A stretch of DNA of 25,319 nucleotides from a virus (Duplodnaviria > Heunggongvirae > Uroviricota > Caudoviricetes). Below are positions 7,362-17,865 of this stretch, in pieces. Numbering within the stretch: the first letter of the stretch is position 1; each line of letters opens with the position of its first letter. A program made the translations under genes and the position numbers. The notes beneath the pieces were generated by a model. That model did not search any database, was not told where the DNA came from, and was given only the letters and a program-made list of their open reading frames with translations. The DNA lies in IMG/VR virus record IMGVR_UViG_2648501787_000014, one strand, 5' to 3'.

Positions 7362-9560
7362 ATGGCAGAAAAAAAGATGACTGACTGGCATCGCAAGGTG
7401 CTGTGCAACTTTGATAATGCCTGGTCAGCAACGCAGGATATGCGTGAGCAGATTATTGAGGCTCAACGTTTCGTCCGGGTATCCGGCGCACAGTGGGAAG
7501 GCAGCACAAACGCTGGTTACTCATTTGATGAAGGCAGGTTTGAGCATTATCCGCGCTTTGAACTGAATAAGATTGCCCGTGAATGTGATCGCATCATTGG
7601 CGAGTATCGACAGAATCGCATCAGCGTTAAATTCAGGCCGAAGGACGATAAGGCATCGGAAGCGTTAGCCGAAAAGATGAATGGTAAATTCCGCGCTGAC
7701 TATCAGGAAACATCCGGTGGTGAAGCGTGTGATAACGCATTTGATGATGCTGTAACGGGCGGATTCGGTTGTTTCCGCATGTGTGCCGATTACGAAGATG
7801 AAATGGATCCGAGTAACGAGCAGCGACGCATCAGCCTTCTTCCTGTTTACGACCCAGCGACATGCGTCTTCTTCGATCAGGACAGCAAGCAATATGACCG
7901 CTCTGATGCTATGTGGGCTATGGAAATGTTCTCCATGACGCCCAAAGCGTTCGAGGCTGAATACCCTGATTCCACCGCGGCAAGCCTTTCTCGTGATGAC
8001 ACTGGCACTCAATATGACTGGTCAACGCCCGATGCCATCTATGTTGGACGCTACTACGAAGTTCGCATAGAGAAGGTGAAGCTCACGGCGTGGCGCAACC
8101 CTGTTAGCGGAGAAACGGCAATCTATGATGAAGAGCAAATCAAAGATATTGTCGACGAGCTGACCGATGGCGCATTCGAACTGATTGGTGAGCGGACAGT
8201 GAAGAAACGCAGAGTTTATTGCGGTCTTCTGTCTGGCGCTGAATGGCTGGAAGAACCGAAGCGTATTCCGGGCGAACATATTCCTCTCATCCCGGTATAT
8301 GGGCGTCGCTCATTTGTTGATAATCAGGAGCGAATCGAAGGCCACGCAGCAAAAGCGATGGATGCACAGCGTCTTGAGAACCTGATGGTTTCCATGATTG
8401 CAGATAACGCTACTCAGGCTGGCGGTGATGGCATTCCTATCGTGGATGTTGATTTCATTCCCGGTCCATTAATGAATCACTGGGCAGAGAGGAATAAGAA
8501 AAGACCTGCAGTTCTCCCCATGACCAGCAAGAAGGACAAAAACGGAACGGTCATTTCAGAGGCTCAGGTTGCTGGCTGGACACCTCCGACACAAATGCCT
8601 CCTGCTCTTGCCGGGCTATTGCAGTACACCGGAACGGCTATTCAGCAAATTACAGGTGCGTCGCAGCTTGAGAACATGCCGAGCAACGTCGCCACCGATA
8701 CCGTTGATAGCATTTTTAACCGGATGGATACGCAGTCCTATATCTACATGGACAACATGGCTAAATCCATGCGCCGCGCTGGCGTCGTGTGGCTTTCTAT
8801 GGCGCGTGAGGTCTATGGCAGTGATACGCCGATGCGTATTGTTAATGAGGACGGCAGCGATGACGTGGCGCTGATGACTGGTGAAGTGGTTGACCGTCAG
8901 ACAGGGCAGGTTATCGCGCTTAACGACCTTTCGCAGGGTAACTATGAAGTGACTGTCGATGTTGGTCAGTCGTTCGCTACTCGCCGTGATGCAACGGTTA
9001 AGTCGTTACTTTCCATGCTGGCACTTATCCCGCCCGGAACGCCGAAACACGACCTTGTATCGTCGATGATCCTCGACAATATGGACGGCGAAGGGATGGA
9101 CGACCTTAAAGAATACAACCGCAATCAGTTGCTTCTGTCTGGAGTTATCAAGCCGAGAACGCCAGAAGAACAGCAGATGGTTGAGCAGGCGAAACAACAA
9201 CAGGCCAGTCAGCCAGATCCGGCTATGGTTGCTGCGCAAGGTCAGCTTCTTGCTGGTCAGGCTGAATTGCAGAAAGCGCAGAACGAGCAGGCAGCCATTC
9301 AGGTTAAAGCATTCCAGGCACAGACGGATGCTCAGGTTGCTGCGGCAAATGTTGTGAAAATCCTCGCATCTGCCGATAGCCAGCAAAAATCTGATATCCG
9401 TGAGGCGCTGAAACTGCTCGGACAGTTCCAGCAACAGCAAGGAGATAATGCCCGTGCTGATGCAGAGCTTGTCCTGAAAAGTCAGGCACAGGGCCATGCG
9501 CAGCGCATGGACATCAGCAGCATCCTGCAAAAATCAACTCAGCAACAACCACAGCAGTAA
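7362..9560 (+). CDS. Portal protein (P22 gp1-like)
   Basis: 732 aa; internal and C-terminal Gln/Ala-rich barrel segments resemble P22 portal (e.g. GEHIPLIPVYG, PDPAMVAAQGQLLAGQAELQKAQN). Confidence 0.9.
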   Translation: MAEKKMTDWHRKVLCNFDNAWSATQDMREQIIEAQRFVRVSGAQWEGSTNAGYSFDEGRFEHYPRFELNKIARECDRIIGEYRQNRISVKFRPKDDKASEALAEKMNGKFRADYQETSGGEACDNAFDDAVTGGFGCFRMCADYEDEMDPSNEQRRISLLPVYDPATCVFFDQDSKQYDRSDAMWAMEMFSMTPKAFEAEYPDSTAASLSRDDTGTQYDWSTPDAIYVGRYYEVRIEKVKLTAWRNPVSGETAIYDEEQIKDIVDELTDGAFELIGERTVKKRRVYCGLLSGAEWLEEPKRIPGEHIPLIPVYGRRSFVDNQERIEGHAAKAMDAQRLENLMVSMIADNATQAGGDGIPIVDVDFIPGPLMNHWAERNKKRPAVLPMTSKKDKNGTVISEAQVAGWTPPTQMPPALAGLLQYTGTAIQQITGASQLENMPSNVATDTVDSIFNRMDTQSYIYMDNMAKSMRRAGVVWLSMAREVYGSDTPMRIVNEDGSDDVALMTGEVVDRQTGQVIALNDLSQGNYEVTVDVGQSFATRRDATVKSLLSMLALIPPGTPKHDLVSSMILDNMDGEGMDDLKEYNRNQLLLSGVIKPRTPEEQQMVEQAKQQQASQPDPAMVAAQGQLLAGQAELQKAQNEQAAIQVKAFQAQTDAQVAAANVVKILASADSQQKSDIREALKLLGQFQQQQGDNARADAELVLKSQAQGHAQRMDISSILQKSTQQQPQQ

Positions 9561-9650
9561 TTAACCCATAACGTGCAATGGCTGTCTTTATGAGGCCTGG
9601 CACCCTATTGCCTTCCGATGGGCTGAACATCGAGTAAACAGGGGTAACAA

Positions 9651-10544
9651 ATGGACCAGATGGCAGAAAACACACCAGAAGTTGAAATCGAAACCGACGC
9701 GTCAGAGCAGATTCCTGATGATGTCGAACTGGCTGAAGAAGTCGAAACAGAAGATGGCAGTGAGTCCTCTGGCAATGATGCAGAGGAAGCTACTGAAACT
9801 GATGACGACGAATCAGAACAGGAATTCTACTTTGGTGACGAAAAGCTGGATTCGCCAACCAGCGAAGATAGCGCAGAGCATGGACTGGTAAAACACCTGC
9901 GCAAGACGATTAAAGAGAAAGACCGCGAGCTGAAAGAGCTGATGCGTCAGTCTCAGAAACCCGTCGAGCAGCAGCCGGTAATCACTCAACCACCGCGAAT
10001 GCCAAAACTGGATGATGAGGACATCGGTTTCGATGAAGAAATCTACCAGCAACGCATGGCTAAGTGGGCAGAGGATAACGGCAAGTACCAGCAACAGGAG
10101 ATGGCTCGCAAGCAGAAGGAGCAGGAGCTTCAGGCTGCCTATCAAGAGCGATTATCCAAATATCAGCAACGTGTTAAGGCTCTCAAAGTTCCTGGCTATC
10201 AGGAAGCTGAGCAGGCCGTACTCGAGGAAATCCCCATCGAGACACAAAACGCGATCCTGTTTGAGTCAGAGAAGCCGGAAATCGTTGTTCTGGCACTCGG
10301 TCGCAACGCTGAACTGCGCAAGCAACTGGCAGAAGCTACCAACCCCGTAGCAATTGGTCGTCTGCTGGAACGTATCGAATCGAAGGCCAGAATCATGCCA
10401 AAAGCAAAAACCACGGCAGCCACAACCCCGACAGTTAAGGGGAGCAACGGCGCAGTAATCAATAACCTCGACAAACTGAAAGCCAAGGCGCTGGAAACTG
10501 GTGACTGGACGCCGTATTTCGCCGCTAAAAAGGCAAAAAAATAA
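9651..10544 (+). CDS. Scaffolding protein (P22 gp8-like)
   Basis: 297 aa, acidic N-terminus, coiled-coil character, basic C-terminal tail; sits between portal and coat. Confidence 0.8.
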   Translation: MDQMAENTPEVEIETDASEQIPDDVELAEEVETEDGSESSGNDAEEATETDDDESEQEFYFGDEKLDSPTSEDSAEHGLVKHLRKTIKEKDRELKELMRQSQKPVEQQPVITQPPRMPKLDDEDIGFDEEIYQQRMAKWAEDNGKYQQQEMARKQKEQELQAAYQERLSKYQQRVKALKVPGYQEAEQAVLEEIPIETQNAILFESEKPEIVVLALGRNAELRKQLAEATNPVAIGRLLERIESKARIMPKAKTTAATTPTVKGSNGAVINNLDKLKAKALETGDWTPYFAAKKAKK

Positions 10545-10562
10545 CCTATCGGAGCATTAAGC

Positions 10563-11816
10563 ATGGCTAACCAATTAGCAAAAGACCTTGAAATCATGTT
10601 CGAAAACTACGTTGAAGGCTTTGAGGCCGCCTGCGTAGTTTCCCGTAACGCTAAAAAATTCCGTCCCGGTGATACAGCAATGCAGCGAGCAGGTGATGTT
10701 CTGTATCGTCCGCAGCATTACCACATGAACATTGAGGAGGGCCTAGACCTCAGCGGCAAAACGCCAACAGCACTGGTTCAGCGCCTTGTTCCTTCTGTGT
10801 TCAAGGAGCCGAAAAACATTCTGTACACTCTGGATGCGCGTGAAATGCGTGACCCGGAACATAAAACTGAAGCTGGTCGCGCCGCAGGTATGCGCCTTGC
10901 TGCACAGATTGACTCGGACCTGATTTCCATGGTCACGCAGCGTGCTACTAACGTGATCACGATGGCTGACTCAACCACAGGCACACAGGGCCGTGATTTG
11001 TGGAACTGTGCGGCAGGTATTGATGCCACCATGACGGCGATTGGTGTACCGCAGGGTATCAATCGTCGCTCTTTCTGGAACCCCTTCAACCACAAAGACC
11101 TTGCTGGCGAGCTTGGTCACCGTGCCTATGCTCAGGGCGCAACCCTGACAGCATACGAAAAAGCGCAGATCCCTCCGGTTGCTTCCTTTGATAGCTACAA
11201 GACCGATATTTCTGGTCGATTACCGAAAGGAAGCGCTGAATCCTTGACAGTATCAGGCCAACCTGAACACAAGGTTGAAGCGAAAGATTCAAATGGTATG
11301 CCAGTTGATAACCGACAGGGGACTATTACGGTATCTGCATCTGGCTTGCAGGTTGGTGATGCGTTCACCATTGCCGGTGTGAATTCCGTACACCAGATCA
11401 CAAAAGATACCACCGGGCAACCGCAGGTATTCCGTGTTCTGGCTGTTAGCGGAACTACCGTAACAATCTCTCCAAAGATTCTCCCTGTTGAAAATACCGA
11501 TGTTGCGAGTCGTCCATATGCAAACGTCGATGCCAAACCGGCAGAATCAGCAGCAATCACCATTCTCAACAAGAACGCAGCACCTGCTAACCTGTTCTGG
11601 GCTGATGGTTCTGTTGAGCTGATGTACGGCAAACTGGCGTTCCCGACTGGTCAGGGTCCACAGGTAATGACGGCAACCACCGAGCAGGGCGCTACGCTGA
11701 TCATGTCTTACTCCTTCGACCACATCAAAGGCGTAACCACTGCGCGTTTCACCACTCTGTACGGTTGCTCTGTACTGGTTCCTGAATATACGGGCATCGT
11801 TATTGCCGGGCAGTAA
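10563..11816 (+). CDS. Major capsid (coat) protein (P22 gp5-like)
   Basis: 417 aa; shared motifs with P22 coat (e.g. FWADGSVELM vs FWADDAIRIV); followed by a strong terminator. Confidence 0.85.
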   Translation: MANQLAKDLEIMFENYVEGFEAACVVSRNAKKFRPGDTAMQRAGDVLYRPQHYHMNIEEGLDLSGKTPTALVQRLVPSVFKEPKNILYTLDAREMRDPEHKTEAGRAAGMRLAAQIDSDLISMVTQRATNVITMADSTTGTQGRDLWNCAAGIDATMTAIGVPQGINRRSFWNPFNHKDLAGELGHRAYAQGATLTAYEKAQIPPVASFDSYKTDISGRLPKGSAESLTVSGQPEHKVEAKDSNGMPVDNRQGTITVSASGLQVGDAFTIAGVNSVHQITKDTTGQPQVFRVLAVSGTTVTISPKILPVENTDVASRPYANVDAKPAESAAITILNKNAAPANLFWADGSVELMYGKLAFPTGQGPQVMTATTEQGATLIMSYSFDHIKGVTTARFTTLYGCSVLVPEYTGIVIAGQ

Positions 11817-11822
11817 TTTAGG

Positions 11823-11846
11823 TGGGGCTTCGGCCCCATTTTTATT
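11823..11846 (+). terminator. Intrinsic terminator after the coat gene
   Basis: tGGGGC-ttcg-GCCCCa hairpin followed by TTTTTaTT. Confidence 0.65.
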
Positions 11847-11857
11847 GGGAGAAGACA

Positions 11858-12046
11858 ATGGCACGAACAATGCTCTATAAGCCGGGCAACATGATCACCT
11901 GTGGTCAGTTTGCTGTCGATTACATCATTGTTGATGACGAAGAAGTTAAATCTCACCTGAAAAAAGGCTGGGTAAAAACTCCTGAAGAAACCGCAACGAA
12001 GCATAAAGTGGCTAAGGCGGAAGAAGATGGCGAAAACGAAGGGTGA
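11858..12046 (+). CDS. Hypothetical small protein (62 aa)
   Basis: ATG at 11858 with gggaga RBS; 3' end overlaps the gp4 start; no family recognised. Confidence 0.35.
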   Translation: MARTMLYKPGNMITCGQFAVDYIIVDDEEVKSHLKKGWVKTPEETATKHKVAKAEEDGENEG

Positions 12047-12488
12047 TCTCGTTCTTAAGGCTTTACGAAAAGCCGGGCTGTATTCCAATGCCACGTTGAC
12101 AGATGCTGACCCTCAGGCAATTGAAGATGCCATTAATGACCTCGAAGACATGATGGCAGCATGGCAGGCTAAAGGTATCGAGCTTGGATATCAGTTTGCT
12201 GATACAGAAAACGGCATCATGCCGTTACCTGACGATGATTCAGGTATCCCTGCGTGGGCAAATGATGGCGTCGCTTTGAAGCTCGCTGTGCAAGTGTGCA
12301 TGGATAACGTCATTCAGCCGTCAGATGCTCTCCTTACCGCTGCTGACAGCGCATATCAGACAATCTGCATCGCTTTAACCAAAATACCACCACTTGAGCG
12401 GCGAAATGACATGCCTCGCGGTAGTGGTAACAAAAGCGCGTTTACGTGGAATCGGTTTTACATCGAGAAAGATGATCCAAGTACGTGA
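12027..12488 (+). CDS. Head-to-tail adaptor / tail accessory factor (P22 gp4-like)
   Basis: 153 aa; N-terminus KTKGDLVLKALRKAGLYSNATLTDADPQAIEDAINDLEDMMAAW resembles P22 gp4. Confidence 0.85.
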   Translation: MAKTKGDLVLKALRKAGLYSNATLTDADPQAIEDAINDLEDMMAAWQAKGIELGYQFADTENGIMPLPDDDSGIPAWANDGVALKLAVQVCMDNVIQPSDALLTAADSAYQTICIALTKIPPLERRNDMPRGSGNKSAFTWNRFYIEKDDPST

Positions 12489-12497
12489 GGTGAATAA

Positions 12498-12602
12498 ATG
12501 CCGATTCAGCAACTTCCGCTTATGAAAGGTGTCGGCAAAGACTTTCGAAACGCCGACTATATCGACTATCTGCCAGTGAATATGCTGGCAATTTTGATAT
12601 AA
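12498..12602 (+). pseudogene. Orphaned 5' fragment of gene 10 (34 codons; first 31 are gp10-like), cut off by the homing-endonuclease insertion
   Basis: Encodes [31 protein letters not shown] then ILI-stop; the same N-terminal peptide reappears, recoded, at the start of the intact gene 10 at 13171. Confidence 0.7.
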
Positions 12603-12638
12603 TAAGTACATGAAAAATCGAAACTTTAAGGAGTAGAT

Positions 12639-13223
12639 ATGCTTTCTGAGAATGCTAAAGATATACCTGGATTTGAAGGTGTTTATGCCGTAACAGAAGA
12701 TGGCAGGGTATATTCTCACTCACGTGTTGTTAAGGCTGCGCATGGCAGCACGCAACTCAGAAAGGGGCGCTGGTTAAAGCCTAAAATCAATCAGGGAAGG
12801 GTGCTTTATAATATCGGAGCAAAATGGACTTTTGCCCATCGAATCGTTGCAATGACATTCCTGCCAAATCCTGAAAACAAGCCTCAGGTAAATCATATTG
12901 ATGGCAATCCACTCAATAATAACGTCAATAATCTTGAGTGGTGCACTCAAAGCGAAAACATCAAACATGCATACGCCACCGGATTAAAGAAACCAATCAA
13001 GTTTTTCGGAACCAAGCACCCAAAACACAAGTTGAGTGATGACGATGTTCTTGCAATCAAGTCATCAAAAGAAAGCTTGTCAGTAATTGCGGCTAAGTAC
13101 GGGATATCTAAGACCTGGGCAAGTAGGCTAAAGCGTGATGCTAACTGGGTTCATATAAAGGTTGATTCCAATGGCAATACAACAACTACCACTAATGAAG
13201 GGATTGGGGAAAAGTGCGGTTAA
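12639..13223 (+). CDS. HNH homing endonuclease (NUMOD4 + HNH_3-type, with C-terminal HTH)
   Basis: IPGFEGVYAVTEDGRVYS (NUMOD4-like) and HRIVAMTF...VNHIDGNPLNNNVNNLEWCTQSEN (HNH) motifs; aaggag RBS; inserted within gene 10. Confidence 0.85.
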   Translation: MLSENAKDIPGFEGVYAVTEDGRVYSHSRVVKAAHGSTQLRKGRWLKPKINQGRVLYNIGAKWTFAHRIVAMTFLPNPENKPQVNHIDGNPLNNNVNNLEWCTQSENIKHAYATGLKKPIKFFGTKHPKHKLSDDDVLAIKSSKESLSVIAAKYGISKTWASRLKRDANWVHIKVDSNGNTTTTTNEGIGEKCG

Positions 13224-14589
13224 TGCTGATTATATAGACCAACTTCCAGTCAATCTTTTAGCTACGCCCAAGGAGGTGTTGAATTCATCGGGATATCTTC
13301 GCTCATTCCCGGGCATTGCCAAACGTTCTGATGTGAACGGCGTATCGCGAGGCGTCGAGTACAACATGGCGCAGAGTGCTGTTTATCGCGTGTGTGGTGG
13401 CAAGCTGTACAAAGGAGAAAGTGAAGTTGGTGATGTTGCCGGAAGTGGTCGCGTATCAATGGCACATGGTCGGACATCACAGGCGGTAGGCGTTAATGGT
13501 CAACTGGTCGAATACCGCTATGATGGCACGGTTAAAACCGTCTCAAACTGGCCTACGGACAGCGGATTCACGCAGTATGAGTTAGGTTCGGTCCGTGACA
13601 TTACGCGTTTACGTGGGCGTTATGCGTGGTCAAAAGACGGTACTGATTCATGGTTTATCACTGACCTTGAAGACGAATCGCATCCTGACCGCTACAGCGC
13701 ACAATATCGGGCAGAATCGCAGCCGGACGGTATCATCGGCATCGGAACATGGCGAGATTTCATCGTCTGCTTTGGTTCATCGACGATTGAATATTTTTCC
13801 CTGACTGGTGCAACCACCGTTGGTGCCGCTTTGTATGTCGCACAGCCATCACTAATGGTGCAAAAAGGAATCGCCGGGACTTACTGCAAAACGCCATTCT
13901 CTGATTCATATGCGTTCATCAGCAATCCGGCAACAGGTGCGCCGTCTGTGTACATCATCGGCTCCGGTCAGGTGTCACCAATCGCCAGTGCGAGCATTGA
14001 GAAAATCCTCCGCTCCTACACTGCTGATGAACTGGCTGATGGCGTGATGGAATCGTTGCGGTTTGATGCTCATGAGTTGCTGATTATCCATCTTCCGCGT
14101 CACGTCCTCGTGTACGACGCATCTTCAAGCGCCAATGGTCCGCAATGGTGTGTGCTTAAAACAGGCCTGTATGACGATGTGTACCGCGCTATCGACTTCA
14201 TTTACGAAGGCAATCAGATAACGTGCGGCGATAAGCTGGAATCGGTGACCGGGAAATTGCAGTTCGATATCAGCAGTCAGTATGGGCTTCAACAGGAACA
14301 CCTTCTGTTTACTCCGTTGTTCAAAGCGGATAACGCCAGATGCTTCGATCTGGAGGTGGAATCGTCCACTGGCGTAGCTCAGTACGCCGACCGCCTGTTC
14401 CTCTCTGCGACCACTGACGGCATAAATTACGGTCGTGAGCAGATGATTGAGCAGAATGAACCGTTCGTTTACGACAAACGCGTTTTGTGGAAGCGAGTCG
14501 GGCGCATCAGGAAAAATGTCGGCTTCAAATTGCGCGTTATCACGAAGTCACCTGTCACTCTGTCTGGCTGCCAGATAAGGATTGAGTAA
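13171..14589 (+). CDS. Tail hub / packaged-DNA stabilisation protein (P22 gp10-like), intact copy
   Basis: 472 aa from ATG 13171 (track ORF begins at a TTG at 13162); N-terminus [14 protein letters not shown]...; synteny gp4-gp10-gp26. Confidence 0.85.
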   Translation: MAIQQLPLMKGLGKSAVNADYIDQLPVNLLATPKEVLNSSGYLRSFPGIAKRSDVNGVSRGVEYNMAQSAVYRVCGGKLYKGESEVGDVAGSGRVSMAHGRTSQAVGVNGQLVEYRYDGTVKTVSNWPTDSGFTQYELGSVRDITRLRGRYAWSKDGTDSWFITDLEDESHPDRYSAQYRAESQPDGIIGIGTWRDFIVCFGSSTIEYFSLTGATTVGAALYVAQPSLMVQKGIAGTYCKTPFSDSYAFISNPATGAPSVYIIGSGQVSPIASASIEKILRSYTADELADGVMESLRFDAHELLIIHLPRHVLVYDASSSANGPQWCVLKTGLYDDVYRAIDFIYEGNQITCGDKLESVTGKLQFDISSQYGLQQEHLLFTPLFKADNARCFDLEVESSTGVAQYADRLFLSATTDGINYGREQMIEQNEPFVYDKRVLWKRVGRIRKNVGFKLRVITKSPVTLSGCQIRIE

Positions 14590-15290
14590 TGGCTGATTCG
14601 AATCTCAACACCCCTGTTATTGTGCAGGCGACGCGGCTCGATACATCAATCCTTCCACGCAATATATTCAGCCAGTCTTACCTGCTGTATGTCATTAATC
14701 AGGGGGCTGATGTCGGCGCAATTGCCGGGAAGGCAAATCAGGCTGGTCAGGGCGCTTACGATGCTCAGGTGAAAAACGATGAACAGGACGTCGAACTGGC
14801 TGATCACGACGCAAGAATCACCGCAAACACAAAAGCGATAAATCTACTTGAGGTCAGGTTAACAACTGCCGAAGGGAAGATAGTCGTACTGCGTAGCGAT
14901 GTTGATTACTTGCTGGATGAGGTTATCGATATTCAGGCGCATCTGGTCACTGTTGACCAAAGACTGGATGACGTAGAAAACGATGTCTCTGGCATTAAGA
15001 GTGATTACGTATCGAAAACCGTAACCGAATTGCAGTCTCTTGAGTCACCGCTGGATGTAAAAACATCATATTCAGTTGATGGAATTCAGGTTGTTGGAGC
15101 AAGAAATACCGGATGGACTGCAGCCACAGGTACGCCACTTCTTGGCTCATTCAACGCTAACCAGTCATACACTGTCGGCACTACGTACACACAATCCGAA
15201 GTCGCAGCTCTCGCTACAGGTTTGCAGCAGGCGCGGCAGCGTATTCTGGCGCTTGAAACGGCACTTAGATTACATGGGCTGATTGACTGA
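14589..15290 (+). CDS. Tail needle protein (P22 gp26-like)
   Basis: 233 aa; N-terminus [36 protein letters not shown] and heptad coiled-coil core; TAATG overlap with gene 10. Confidence 0.85.
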   Translation: MADSNLNTPVIVQATRLDTSILPRNIFSQSYLLYVINQGADVGAIAGKANQAGQGAYDAQVKNDEQDVELADHDARITANTKAINLLEVRLTTAEGKIVVLRSDVDYLLDEVIDIQAHLVTVDQRLDDVENDVSGIKSDYVSKTVTELQSLESPLDVKTSYSVDGIQVVGARNTGWTAATGTPLLGSFNANQSYTVGTTYTQSEVAALATGLQQARQRILALETALRLHGLID

Positions 15291-15745
15291 TGATTACATT
15301 CAAACCAACGCGAAACATCGACCTGATAGAAGCAGTCGGAAATCACCCTGACATTATCGCCGGGAGCAACAACGGCGATGGATACGACTACAAACCTGAA
15401 TGCCGTTACTTTGAGGTGAGCGTGCACGGGCAGTTCGGCGGCATTGTTTACTATCAGGAGATTCAGCCGCTGACATTCGATTGCCACGCCATGTACCTGC
15501 CAGAGGTTCGTGGATTCAGCAAGGAAATCGGTCTGGCGTTCTGGCGATACATTCTGACTAACACCACCGTTCAGTGCGTCACATCGTTCGCTGCACGCAA
15601 ATTCCGCCACGGGCAGATGTACTGCGCAATGATTGGCCTTAAGCGTGTAGGAACCATCAAGAAATACTTCAAAGGCGTGGATGACGTGACTTTTTACAGT
15701 GCTACACGCGAAGAACTAATCGAATTCCTGAATCACGGGAGATAG
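15290..15745 (+). CDS. gp14-like internal virion / ejection-associated protein
   Basis: 151 aa; assigned mainly by synteny (needle-14-7-20-16 order of P22-like phages). Confidence 0.55.
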   Translation: MITFKPTRNIDLIEAVGNHPDIIAGSNNGDGYDYKPECRYFEVSVHGQFGGIVYYQEIQPLTFDCHAMYLPEVRGFSKEIGLAFWRYILTNTTVQCVTSFAARKFRHGQMYCAMIGLKRVGTIKKYFKGVDDVTFYSATREELIEFLNHGR

Positions 15746-15747
15746 CC

Positions 15748-16440
15748 ATGTTATATGCATTTAAGCTGGGCAGAAAACTGCGCGGCGAGGAACCTTATTG
15801 CCATGAAAAAGGCGGGAAAGGTGGCAGCTCTGATAAAAGCGCAAAGTATGCAGCAGAAGCTCAGAAGTATGCCGCCGACCTGCAAAATCAGCAGTTCAAC
15901 ACCATCATGAACAACCTGAAACCGTTTACTCCTCTGGCTGAGAAGTATGTCGGCAGCCTCGAGAACTTATCGTCTCTGGAGGGGCAAGGTCAGGCGCTTA
16001 ACCAGTATTACAACTCTCAGCAGTATAAAGACCTTGCAGGTCAGGCTCGCTATCAGAGTCTGGCTGCAGCGGAAGCAACAGGTGGATTGGGTTCCACCGC
16101 AACCAGTAATCAGTTAGCAACAATCGCACCAACGCTTGGTCAGCAATGGCTATCTGGTCAGATGAACAACTACCAGAATCTGGCAAATGTTGGTCTTGGC
16201 GCACTGCAAGGTCAGGCAAACGCCGGGCAGACATATGCCAACAACATGAGTCAGATTTCTCAGCAAAGTGCGGCTCTTGCAGCGGCAAATGCCAACAGAC
16301 CATCAGCAATGCAATCTGCTATTGGCGGAGGTGCGTCTGGTGCTATTGCTGGGGCTGGACTTGCGAAATTAATTGGTTCATCCACTCCGTGGGGGGCTGC
16401 GATCGGCGGCGGTCTTGGTCTGCTTGGCTCGTTGTTTTAA
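15748..16440 (+). CDS. Ejection protein (P22 gp7-like)
   Basis: 230 aa, Gln/Ala-rich with Gly-rich hydrophobic C-terminus; size and position match gp7. Confidence 0.7.
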   Translation: MLYAFKLGRKLRGEEPYCHEKGGKGGSSDKSAKYAAEAQKYAADLQNQQFNTIMNNLKPFTPLAEKYVGSLENLSSLEGQGQALNQYYNSQQYKDLAGQARYQSLAAAEATGGLGSTATSNQLATIAPTLGQQWLSGQMNNYQNLANVGLGALQGQANAGQTYANNMSQISQQSAALAAANANRPSAMQSAIGGGASGAIAGAGLAKLIGSSTPWGAAIGGGLGLLGSLF

Positions 16441-16449
16441 GGGGTAATC

Positions 16450-17865
16450 ATGGCTACGTGGCAACATGGTATTAATTCTGGTGGTTTTCTGGCTGGCATC
16501 GGTACGCAAAATGAGAATGCGCCAAAGGCAAGCGACATTAACGCAACGCTTGGTCTGATCCGCGAAAACAATGAGTTGGCTCGCTCAGGTGCAAATAACG
16601 TTGGTCTGACCGCGTTACGTGGTCTGGCTGGAGTTGCTGATATTTACAATCAGGAACAGCAACAGAAAGCGATTAGTGCGTTCAATAAGGTTCACGCTGA
16701 TGCATGGGCTTCTGGTGATCCATCGGGACTATTTAAGTTTGCCCAGGAAAATCCAGCGTTTGTTGCACAGGCACAACAGGCGTTTTCTGGTCTTAATGAT
16801 CAGCAACGCAACGATATGGGCGATTTAGCCATGAGGGCTAACGTCGCTCTTTCTCAGGGACCGGAAGCCTACAGTAAATTCATTACTGACAACAAGGACA
16901 GGTTAAATCGCGTTGGTGCTAATGCTGACTGGATGATTCAGACAGGTATCCAGAATCCAGAGCAGCTATCACACATGCTGACTACTATGTCTCTCGGTGC
17001 GCTTGGACCAGAAAAGGCGTTTGCTGTTCAGGATAAGATGGCTGGTCGTGAAATTGACCGAGGCAGGCTGGCAGAGACAATCCGCAGCAATCAGGCTGGT
17101 GAAGCACTTCAGGCGAGAGGGCAAAACCTTTCCTATCAGTCAGCAATGACTGGGCACAATATCGCAGCACAACGCTTGGCTCTGGATCAGCAAGAGTTCG
17201 GGTTTAAGATGCAGCAAGCGCAGGAAAAGGCTCAGCAGTTGATTAGTGAAGCACCTAAGCTGTCAGTAAACATGGAAAAAGGCATCGAGACGGCTGTAAA
17301 CAATGCCACAGCATCATCAAACTCAGCCAATTCTATGAGTGCGCTTGCTCAACAGTTCAGAGCAGAAAAACCAACGACAGGTTTGTTCGGTAACGCACAG
17401 AACATGTTCGCAAAACTTACCGGAAGCGATACGACATTGCGTGATTTGCGCATCCGCCAAAATGCCCTTGTTAACAGTCAGGTTCTTAAATTCCTACCTC
17501 CCGGCCCAGCAACGGATAAAGACGTTGAGATCGTTCGGCAGGGTGCGCCAACTGACATGGATAACCCTGAGACGGTCGCAAGATGGCTTGATGCAATGGC
17601 AAACCTTGAGCGACGAAACGCGCAGTTTAATGAGTTTAAAGCTGAGTGGATGAGCGCGAATGGCAATCCTGGACAATCGCGTAATGGCGGTCAGATATTG
17701 GGGTTGGATGTTAAAAAAGGTGAATCATTGGGGAGTGCCGTTAAGCGGTATATGTCATTGAATACTGACGCAGCGCCAGCACAAGATTCGACACCTTCAG
17801 GAGAACCACGGAATCAGGTTGGATCATATACCTCAAAATCAGGCATTCAATTTACGGTGGAATGA
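16450..17865 (+). CDS. Ejection protein (P22 gp20-like)
   Basis: 471 aa; size and position match gp20. Confidence 0.75.
   Translation: MATWQHGINSGGFLAGIGTQNENAPKASDINATLGLIRENNELARSGANNVGLTALRGLAGVADIYNQEQQQKAISAFNKVHADAWASGDPSGLFKFAQENPAFVAQAQQAFSGLNDQQRNDMGDLAMRANVALSQGPEAYSKFITDNKDRLNRVGANADWMIQTGIQNPEQLSHMLTTMSLGALGPEKAFAVQDKMAGREIDRGRLAETIRSNQAGEALQARGQNLSYQSAMTGHNIAAQRLALDQQEFGFKMQQAQEKAQQLISEAPKLSVNMEKGIETAVNNATASSNSANSMSALAQQFRAEKPTTGLFGNAQNMFAKLTGSDTTLRDLRIRQNALVNSQVLKFLPPGPATDKDVEIVRQGAPTDMDNPETVARWLDAMANLERRNAQFNEFKAEWMSANGNPGQSRNGGQILGLDVKKGESLGSAVKRYMSLNTDAAPAQDSTPSGEPRNQVGSYTSKSGIQFTVE

Noticed and set aside
9006-9530. 174-aa minus-strand ORF inside the portal gene (and similar antisense ORFs at 11195-11632, 15086-15610, 6854-7318, 6323-6673)
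   Set aside because: Each is entirely antisense to a well-supported phage structural gene, has no RBS and no recognisable motifs; these are typical spurious ORFs.
12591-13263. Possible group I intron carrying the HNH endonuclease within gene 10
   Set aside because: The insert is almost entirely filled by the endonuclease ORF, leaving no room for an intron catalytic core, and the flanking exon is duplicated rather than split; a free-standing endonuclease with a recoded flank fits better.
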